Assembly: GCA_031364845.1 (NCBI GenBank)
Contig: JANLWX010000126.1
Location: forward strand, 1 to 35,480
Reading direction: 5' to 3'
Length of the DNA stretch: 35,480 nucleotides
Source of the DNA: Candidatus Eiseniibacteriota bacterium
GTDB taxonomy: Bacteria; Eisenbacteria; RBG-16-71-46
The notes under the pieces are model-generated. The model was given only the letters and a program-made list of their open reading frames with translations, was not told the origin of the DNA and made no database searches. Shown here one piece after another: positions 28,675 through 35,480 of this stretch. Both the position numbers and the translations under genes were made by a program. How positions within the stretch are numbered: the stretch's first letter is position 1; each line of letters starts with the position of its first letter.

Positions 28675-28821
28675 GCGATGGCCTTGTGCAGCGGCGCGCG
28701 GGGTCCCGGGCCTCGGCACGTGTCCGCCATCGACGACAACATCGGTTCGCCGGGTGGCGCTGGCGCCCAGGCGTCGCGCAATTCGATAGCCCGCGCGTGG
28801 CCCTTCGCCTATGCTCAACCC

Positions 28822-31620
28822 ATGTTTCGGCGCTCGCTCGCAACCGTCACGCTTCCTCTGGGAATCCTCGCTCTCGTGGCGGGTGCGGAGTACGCATTCG
28901 CCCTCGAGCTGGACTTCGCCGCGATGCGCTCTTTTGAGACCGCCCGGGAGCCGGCGTCGCACGCGACCGGAGATCTGAATCGAGACGGTTTCACAGACCT
29001 GGTGGTCGCGAGCCCGAGCGACAACGTCCTCTCGATCTTATGGGGCCGCGCAGACGGAACGTTCGGCCCGCAGGCCGACCGAACCGCCGGATATCGGCCA
29101 TCGTCGGTTGCGATCGGCGACCTGAATGGCGACGGCATTCTCGACCTCGCGGAGACGAACGCCGGCGATCTCGACACTCGACTCACGGAAGTCGCCACGG
29201 TCGGAATCCTGCTCGGTCGTGGCGACGGCACTTTTGCGGACGCCGTGGAGTACGCCACCGGTACCACGCCGTGGTACGTGGCGATTGGCGATGTGAATGG
29301 CGATCAGCGGAATGACCTCGTGGTCGCGAACTACGGCTTCAACCGGCTGGGACCTTCGACGGTGTCGGTGCTGCTGGGGCAGGGCAACGGGACCTTCGGA
29401 TCGCACACGGAATTCGAAGTAGATAGGCATCCGACGTTCGTCGTCATCTCCGATCTCGACGGGGACGGCGATGCGGATCTCGCCGTCGCCAACGCGTTCT
29501 TGAGCATCACTCATACCACGCACTACGACGCCAGGATTTCGGTGCTGCTCGGCAACGGCGATGGCTCGTTTGCAGACCACGTCGACTACCTCACTCCGGG
29601 CGTGCCACGATCGATCGCAGTCGGAGACCTGAACGGGGACGGCCGTCCCGATCTCGCCGTGGCCAGCGGGCGGCTGTGCGCGTTCCTGGGCCACGGCGGC
29701 GGAACTTTTGCGGCATCGCCTGCGGACACAACATCCCCTCAGGTGGCAGGCACCTCCATCGCGCTGGGCGATCTGAACCACGACGGGATCCTGGACTTCG
29801 CCGCCACGAACGGAGATCGCTATGGATCCACAACGGGATTCGTATCGGTTGCGTTCGGCAGGGGTGATGGAGCCTTCGAAGCTTCGGATGGCTACGCGAC
29901 GCCAGCCGCGTGGTCGATCGGCATCGAGGATCTGAACCGCGATGGCGATGCGGATCTGACCATGCTCACGTTCCACGGCGTCTCCGTTCTGCGCGGCAAG
30001 GGGGAAGGGAAGTTCCTCGCAGCCCAGGACTACCCGGACCTTTCCGGCGGTACGCGGCTGGTCTATTCGGGCGACGTCGCGTTGACCGACGTGAACGGCG
30101 ACGCACGACTGGACATCGTGGCGACGACCTATGGACGGGATGACTACGAGTTTCAAGGAGTCGCGGTGATGCTCAATCGGGAGGAGGGCGGATTCGCGCC
30201 GCCCGTGATCACGCCGCTGCCGGGCGCGGCCAGCTTCTTCCGCGTCGCCGACCTCGACAATGACGGGAGGGCCGACGTGGTCGTCTCGAGGGCCTCGAAC
30301 GATGAGACGGACAGCGTCTGGGTGATGATCGGGCGGGGAGATGGAACGTTCGGGCTGCTGTCGGCGTTCCGGGCGGGCCATCATCCGCGGTCACTCGCCG
30401 TTGGAGATCTGACCCACGACGGAATACCCGATCTTGCCGTGATCCATGGGCAATCGGCCCAATTGTCCATCTTGCCCGGAGCAGGCAATGGAATGTTGCG
30501 CGCCCCGGTCGACATCATGGAGGAGAGCGGACTCCTCTCACCCGCAATCGTGGACCTGAACCACGACTCGGTGCTCGACCTTGTCTTGGCCGATCAAGAC
30601 TCCGACTGCCTCTGGGTGCTGACAGGCACGAACGGAGGGACTTTCCCGAGGCGAACGTCGTACCCGACGGGACGATCGCCCCATTCGGTCGCCGTCGCCG
30701 ACCTCGACCTCGACGGTTCGTTCGACCTCGTCGTCGCGAACTATGGTTCCGGAACCGCGTCGATCCTTCTGGGACGCAACGATGGCGGCTTCGCCCCCCG
30801 TGTCGACTACCCGACGCTTCGCGAACCCTCGCGGACCGCGATCGGCGACGTGGACGGGGATGGGCACTTGGACATCGCCGTGTCGTGCCGAGGCGGAATC
30901 GTGTTCCTCACCGGACACGGGGACGGGACGTTCACGCGCACCACCGATTTCGGCTTCGGCCGCTCGAACAGTTACCCCTTGGCGCTGGGCGACGTCGATT
31001 GCGATGGCGCCCTCGATGTCGTTCAAAGCGGTCCCATGTCGGTGCTGCGCAACATCGGGGCGGCCGGCGCAGCGAGCCGAGTTCCGGTCCTGTCGAGCTT
31101 TGACCCGGCGCGCGGCGAACCCGGCACCAGGATCACCATTCACGGCCGCCATCTGACCTGCGCAAGCGAGGTGTGGGTCGGCGCTCATCCCGTCGCGCGC
31201 TACGCTCTGCTCGCCGACAGTCTGATCGAAGCCGTGATCGACACCGTCGACGAGGGCGGCATCGTCACCATCACGACTCCACAAGGTTTCGCCAGCAGCG
31301 TGGCGGCGTTCGACGTGCTGACGCCCCACGTGATGCCCCCGGATAGTGCCGTCACGAGTTTTGCAGTGCTCGCCATCGGCCCGAGCCCCGTGCGTGATCG
31401 TCTCGAAATGGTCCTCGCGATACCCGCTCCGGGTGTCGTGCGACTCGAGGCACTCGACATCACCGGTCGTCGCGTGTTGCAGCAGAGCGTTCCGTTCCCG
31501 CGCGCCGGCGTGCAACGCTACGTGTGGGAGGACTTCCGAACTTTGCGGCCGGGCGTCTACTTCGTCCGGGTGCAACAGCGAAACGCAGTCCAGCGGGCGC
31601 GCGCGGTCGTCGTGCGGTGA
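28822..31620 (+). CDS. Secreted FG-GAP repeat protein with IPT/TIG domain and T9SS-like C-terminus
   Basis: Signal peptide MFRRSLATVTLPLGILALVAG; more than ten GDLNxDG..DL repeats; PVLSSFDPARG..GTRITIHG (IPT); LDITGRRV..PGVYFVRV. Confidence 0.88.
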   Translation: MFRRSLATVTLPLGILALVAGAEYAFALELDFAAMRSFETAREPASHATGDLNRDGFTDLVVASPSDNVLSILWGRADGTFGPQADRTAGYRPSSVAIGDLNGDGILDLAETNAGDLDTRLTEVATVGILLGRGDGTFADAVEYATGTTPWYVAIGDVNGDQRNDLVVANYGFNRLGPSTVSVLLGQGNGTFGSHTEFEVDRHPTFVVISDLDGDGDADLAVANAFLSITHTTHYDARISVLLGNGDGSFADHVDYLTPGVPRSIAVGDLNGDGRPDLAVASGRLCAFLGHGGGTFAASPADTTSPQVAGTSIALGDLNHDGILDFAATNGDRYGSTTGFVSVAFGRGDGAFEASDGYATPAAWSIGIEDLNRDGDADLTMLTFHGVSVLRGKGEGKFLAAQDYPDLSGGTRLVYSGDVALTDVNGDARLDIVATTYGRDDYEFQGVAVMLNREEGGFAPPVITPLPGAASFFRVADLDNDGRADVVVSRASNDETDSVWVMIGRGDGTFGLLSAFRAGHHPRSLAVGDLTHDGIPDLAVIHGQSAQLSILPGAGNGMLRAPVDIMEESGLLSPAIVDLNHDSVLDLVLADQDSDCLWVLTGTNGGTFPRRTSYPTGRSPHSVAVADLDLDGSFDLVVANYGSGTASILLGRNDGGFAPRVDYPTLREPSRTAIGDVDGDGHLDIAVSCRGGIVFLTGHGDGTFTRTTDFGFGRSNSYPLALGDVDCDGALDVVQSGPMSVLRNIGAAGAASRVPVLSSFDPARGEPGTRITIHGRHLTCASEVWVGAHPVARYALLADSLIEAVIDTVDEGGIVTITTPQGFASSVAAFDVLTPHVMPPDSAVTSFAVLAIGPSPVRDRLEMVLAIPAPGVVRLEALDITGRRVLQQSVPFPRAGVQRYVWEDFRTLRPGVYFVRVQQRNAVQRARAVVVR

Positions 31621-31802
31621 GGAAAAGGAAGGACTGCGAGTCTTCGGACGACGTACGCTGACCCGTACTGGATTCTAGCGTGGCTGTCCGATATCTGAAG
31701 TGAGATGCCACGTTCGGTCAAGCTCCTCGAGGTGGAGCACCCCAGGGGCGCCTCGTCCGAGGCGCACGACCGCGAAGACAACGCGAGGACGAGAACGGCC
31801 TG

Positions 31803-32351
31803 ATGCAACCCCTTCGGTATTCCATCAACGTCACACTGGACGGCTGCTGCGATCATCGTGTGGGGATCGCGGACGAAGAACTCCATCGTCACGCGGTCGA
31901 GAATCTCGCCCAGGCCGATGCCCTCATCTTTGGCCGGGTGACGTACGAAATGATGGAGACCGCGTGGCGGCTCGACACGCGGACGGTGACGATGCCCGAC
32001 TGGACCGAACCCTTCGCCCGCACGATCGACGCAGCCAGGAAGTACGTCGTTTCGAGCACTCTGGACCGCGTTGATTGGAATGCGGAACTCGTGCGCGGTG
32101 ATCTCGGCAAGACTGTTCATCAACTCAAGCAGCAGCCGGGAAGGGGCCTGTTCACGGGAGGCTTGATGCTACCGCTCGCGTTGGCGGAACTCGGATTGAT
32201 CGATGAGTACGAGTTCATCGTGCACCCCAGGATCGCGGGCCATGGGCCGACGTTGTTCGCAGGGCTGTCGAAGCTCGTCGACTTGAACCTCGTGAGCCGG
32301 CTGGAGTTCGGTTCGGGTGCGGTGGCGTTGCGGTATGAGCCGAGAGGGTAG
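31803..32351 (+). CDS. Dihydrofolate reductase-like / RibD C-terminal domain protein
   Basis: SINVTLDG, FGRVTYEMM, KYVVSSTL, GLIDEYEFIVHPRIAGHGPTLF, SGAVALRY. Confidence 0.9.
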   Translation: MQPLRYSINVTLDGCCDHRVGIADEELHRHAVENLAQADALIFGRVTYEMMETAWRLDTRTVTMPDWTEPFARTIDAARKYVVSSTLDRVDWNAELVRGDLGKTVHQLKQQPGRGLFTGGLMLPLALAELGLIDEYEFIVHPRIAGHGPTLFAGLSKLVDLNLVSRLEFGSGAVALRYEPRG

Positions 32352-32395
32352 GCGACCTCGGGCGCCGGCTTCACGTAGCCCAACCCGTAGAAGCT

Positions 32396-34936
32396 CTAGC
32401 TCGTGATCACGATCCTCTGAACCGCGCGCGCTCCGCCTTGCAGGACGCGAATCACGTAGACGCCGGGCCGCAGGGAGGCACCCTCGGGAATCGTCAGCTC
32501 GTGACGACCGTCAGCCGGAGGATCGAACCGCCGACTCACGACCCTTCGACCGCCCACGTCGAAGCATTCGATCGTGGTGCGGGCGTTCGATGGCAGCGTG
32601 AAGCTCACGCGCAGTACACGTGACGAGGCGTCCCGCCAGGCGCGTTCCATGGCGAGCGCAAATACATAAGGTATCTCGACTCGTACTTCGCCGGCTCGCT
32701 GCTCGACCCCGGCCACCATGAGTCTCAGTCGATAGTCGTACACGTGTCCCGGAACCACGCTGCGATCCTGGTAGACCAGGTCGTCACGCCCTTCGCGCGC
32801 GGCGACTCCCAGCGTACGCCACGAATCGTCAGGCACGTGCCGTCGTTCGACGAGTACGGGGCCGTCCAGGCCATGAGCGTTCCAACGAAGGAACACTCGC
32901 CCGGCATCGACCTGACTCGAAACGAGCGACGCCAACGTCGGCGTTTGGGGAGTGTCGAACGCAAGTGCTTCGACCACCGGCGTCGCGCCCGAGAATCGGT
33001 CCCGGCTGCCGCCGAACACCAGCATCCGATCGTGGATCGGATCGTAGACCGAGGTGTGGCCGCTGTGCCGCTGGGGAGCCGGCGGCAGGAGCGTCCATGT
33101 GGGGATCAAGCCGAGCGACAGGGCGTGCGTGTCGTCGTAGTAGGTGCCCCCAAAATGCACCAGGCGGTCGCGCGTCGGATCGTAGATCGCGGTGGCGCCA
33201 GAGCGCGGCGTCGGCACGGCGCCTCCCGCATTGACCGGTGTCCAAGCAGGCATGTCTCCCAGCCACAGCGCCGATACTCGGTCGTTGTGCACGAGGATCA
33301 TTCGATCCCGTAAGGCGTCGTAGATCGCTGCGTTGTAGTACTGAGACCCCGGGCTTCCCGTTGGAGTCAGCTGATGCCAACTCGGAGTGCTCTCCAGGTT
33401 CAGTTCCCACACTTCGTCGGCGAACCCGGCCGACGTATTGCCACCGTACACGACCATCCGGTCGTGATTCGGGTCGTATACCGCGACATGGCCGTAGCGC
33501 CCACTTGGCGGGGCACCGGCTGTCGCGAGCAGCGACCACGCGCCGCTCGTCACGTCGTACGCCCATACGTCGTTGGAAAACGTGGACCCAGCGACGAGTC
33601 CTCCAAACATCAGAATGCGGTCGCGCAAGGGATCGTAGATCGCTGAGAAGTACGCGCGAAAGGCCGGTGTGGCGCTTTGCGGCAAGGCGTTGAAGAACAC
33701 CGGCGTGTACAGCGTCCAGGTGGGATCAAGCGCCGTCGACAGCACCGCCACGGTGGGGCCTTGGCCGAGCATGATCATGCGTCCGCGGTTGGAGTCCCAC
33801 ATGCCGACGTTAGAATGGCTCGGCGGCGTGACGTTGATGATCGCCACCCCCGACCAAACAGGACTCGGACCCATCGGGAGCCGCCACAGGTCCATCGTGT
33901 AAGCGCTGCCGCCTTCGTTGTCGGTCAGGCCGCCCATCACCCACAGCTCGACCGGATCCGTCGTGACCGCAACCCCACCGAGGCGGCGCGGTGTGGGTAA
34001 CGCTCCCGCGGGCGTGAGCTTGCTCCAGGTCTTGGCGGCGAGCGCATACGACCAGGTGTCGTTCGCGAGGTTGTAGAGATGGTTCCCAGGCGCCAGGTTA
34101 CTGCTGCCGCCAAACAGCAACAGGCGGTCGTCCGAGGAGTCGTACACGATGGAGTGAAACATGCGGGCGGCAGGGCCTGTCGCCGCCGACATTTCCCACT
34201 GGGGTTGCGACATGCCCATGGACAGCGTCCATAGCTCGTCGCTCGGTCGGTTGTAGCTCCCAGGCGACTGGTCTCCTCCGTGGATCACCATCTGATTGCG
34301 GGTCGGGTCGAAGATCGCCGCGGCACCGTTGCGACCGACGGGAGGAGTTCCCGAAGTGGTCACCGAGTTCCAACGGAGGGAATCCGGGCCCGCAAGCGGC
34401 AGGGTCCACACGTCGTTGTAGCGCGTGATGTTGGTGCCGTCGTAATAGTATCCGCCAAACAGGATCAGCCGATCGCCGACGCTGTCGTAGACCAGGGTCG
34501 CGTCGCGCCGGATCGAGGGTCGGCTGCCCACGACCGCAACTTCCGTCCATGCCGGTGAACCGGTGAGGTTGACGGTCCAAACGTCGTTGCCGCCGTAGCC
34601 GCTCCCACCGCCGTACACCATGATGCGGTTGCGCGCCGTGTCGTACGCGACGGCATGTTCGACACCGCCGAATGCCGTCCCGCTCGGGGTCAGCGTCGTA
34701 ACGAATCCATCGCGGGTGACGGTCTGTAGCGTTCCACTGTATCGGCTGAAGACGATGAAACGCGATTGGCTCGCGTCGTAGAACGCGTTGTCGTAGCTCG
34801 TCTCCAACCCGGCAGTAACGGGGACGATGGTACTCCACGAGTCGGCGCGGCTATGGGCGGGCGCTACGAGCACCAGGGCGACGATCAGAGCCGCGAGGGG
34901 GCGGGCGGGACAGGTCGAAACCGAGAGCTGTGCCAT
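32396..34936 (-). CDS. Secreted Kelch-repeat beta-propeller protein with T9SS-like C-terminus
   Basis: Signal peptide; repeated R..H.A.YDP..DRM..FGG...ND.W units; C-terminal FTLP..FDVGGRRV..PGVYVIRV; GGAG before ATG 34936. Confidence 0.88.
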   Translation of the reverse strand: MAQLSVSTCPARPLAALIVALVLVAPAHSRADSWSTIVPVTAGLETSYDNAFYDASQSRFIVFSRYSGTLQTVTRDGFVTTLTPSGTAFGGVEHAVAYDTARNRIMVYGGGSGYGGNDVWTVNLTGSPAWTEVAVVGSRPSIRRDATLVYDSVGDRLILFGGYYYDGTNITRYNDVWTLPLAGPDSLRWNSVTTSGTPPVGRNGAAAIFDPTRNQMVIHGGDQSPGSYNRPSDELWTLSMGMSQPQWEMSAATGPAARMFHSIVYDSSDDRLLLFGGSSNLAPGNHLYNLANDTWSYALAAKTWSKLTPAGALPTPRRLGGVAVTTDPVELWVMGGLTDNEGGSAYTMDLWRLPMGPSPVWSGVAIINVTPPSHSNVGMWDSNRGRMIMLGQGPTVAVLSTALDPTWTLYTPVFFNALPQSATPAFRAYFSAIYDPLRDRILMFGGLVAGSTFSNDVWAYDVTSGAWSLLATAGAPPSGRYGHVAVYDPNHDRMVVYGGNTSAGFADEVWELNLESTPSWHQLTPTGSPGSQYYNAAIYDALRDRMILVHNDRVSALWLGDMPAWTPVNAGGAVPTPRSGATAIYDPTRDRLVHFGGTYYDDTHALSLGLIPTWTLLPPAPQRHSGHTSVYDPIHDRMLVFGGSRDRFSGATPVVEALAFDTPQTPTLASLVSSQVDAGRVFLRWNAHGLDGPVLVERRHVPDDSWRTLGVAAREGRDDLVYQDRSVVPGHVYDYRLRLMVAGVEQRAGEVRVEIPYVFALAMERAWRDASSRVLRVSFTLPSNARTTIECFDVGGRRVVSRRFDPPADGRHELTIPEGASLRPGVYVIRVLQGGARAVQRIVITS

Positions 34937-35120
34937 AGAGAACTCCACTGCGCACGAACAGAGCCGACTTCACCGCGGGGCACCGCGAGACTTCATCAAC
35001 GCACACACGATCGTAGTGCTCCGGGGCGGCGTTCTCAAGGCAGACAATTCGTCCTTGTGCCGCACGCCCCCGGGGCGGCACAATTGCGTTGCTGCTATTC
35101 ATCCATCGGGAGCAATCACC

Positions 35121-35480
35121 ATGGCCGCTTGCCGCCCACGCGCCGTTCTTCTCGCGATCGTCCTGTGCGTTGCCCTGTGCGCGCCCGCGTACGCTGCGGG
35201 CATCCTGTGCGGCACCGTGCGTGACGCGGTCACCGGCAACCCCATTGTCGGCGCCGGAATCTTCCTGCGGCAGACCACGGGTCAGTACACGGGTCTGAAC
35301 GGCGCCACCGATGCGGCCGGGCACTACTGCATCAGCGGCATCCCGGCGGGCACTTACGATCTCGTGGGGCGCCTCGACTACTATAATGTGGCTTATCGCC
35401 GTACCGTCGTGGTTAACAACGTGACGACCTGCGTCGACGTCGACGCCCGGTTCATGACGAGCACCCTGTCACCACCGTGG
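35121..35480 (+). CDS. Secreted protein with carboxypeptidase-regulatory-like domain (3' truncated by window edge)
   Basis: Open frame from ATG 35121 to window end, not in the ORF track: MAACRPRAVLLAIVLCVALCAPAYAAGILCGTVRDAVTGNPIVGAGI...TDAAGHYCISGIPAGTYDL...LSPPW; GGGAG RBS. Confidence 0.8.
   Translation, partial: MAACRPRAVLLAIVLCVALCAPAYAAGILCGTVRDAVTGNPIVGAGIFLRQTTGQYTGLNGATDAAGHYCISGIPAGTYDLVGRLDYYNVAYRRTVVVNNVTTCVDVDARFMTSTLSPPW

Noticed and set aside
24441..32395. Integron-like cassette array (small enzymes; GCCCAAC at 32378)
   Set aside because: No paired RYYYAAC...GTTRRRY attC structures found, mixed orientations, no integrase in the window.
25629..34936. Periodic repeats suggesting a CRISPR or DNA repeat array
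   Set aside because: Repeats are degenerate at DNA level and correspond to FG-GAP and Kelch protein repeats; no cas genes or identical direct repeats.

Overview
GC-rich bacterial DNA, probably from an FCB-related lineage such as Ca. Eisenbacteria (inferred only from protein repertoire and T9SS-like C-termini). Left to right: (1) the right end of an IS3-family element; (2) a co-oriented heavy-metal export cluster (~363-11659) with a Cys-containing leader ORF ending in RGPP (DUF2946/CruR/CutF-like arrest-peptide candidate), a His-containing lipoprotein, TolC/MFP/CusA-CzcA RND pump, two uncharacterised Cys-motif exported proteins and a YHS-domain Cu(I)-type P1B ATPase; (3) a Hanks Ser/Thr kinase with TolB-like/TPR domains; (4) a minus-strand cluster of glutathione peroxidase, UfaD-like flavoprotein, DUF1365 (UfaO-like), Cfa/UfaM-like methyltransferase, DUF1295 and a second methyltransferase, divergent from a MerR/cobalamin-binding CarH/LitR-type regulator, with three phased 11-bp direct repeats between them: a candidate B12/light-controlled furan-fatty-acid photoprotection module; (5) a mosaic region of secreted proteins (S8 protease, two FG-GAP proteins, Kelch protein, partial CarboxypepD-like protein), four with a T9SS type A/FlgD-Ig-like C-terminus, interleaved with small enzymes (nitrilase, VOC, NAD(P)-binding, DHFR-like) and short gene stubs. 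All family calls come from motif recognition by eye; no searches were run.
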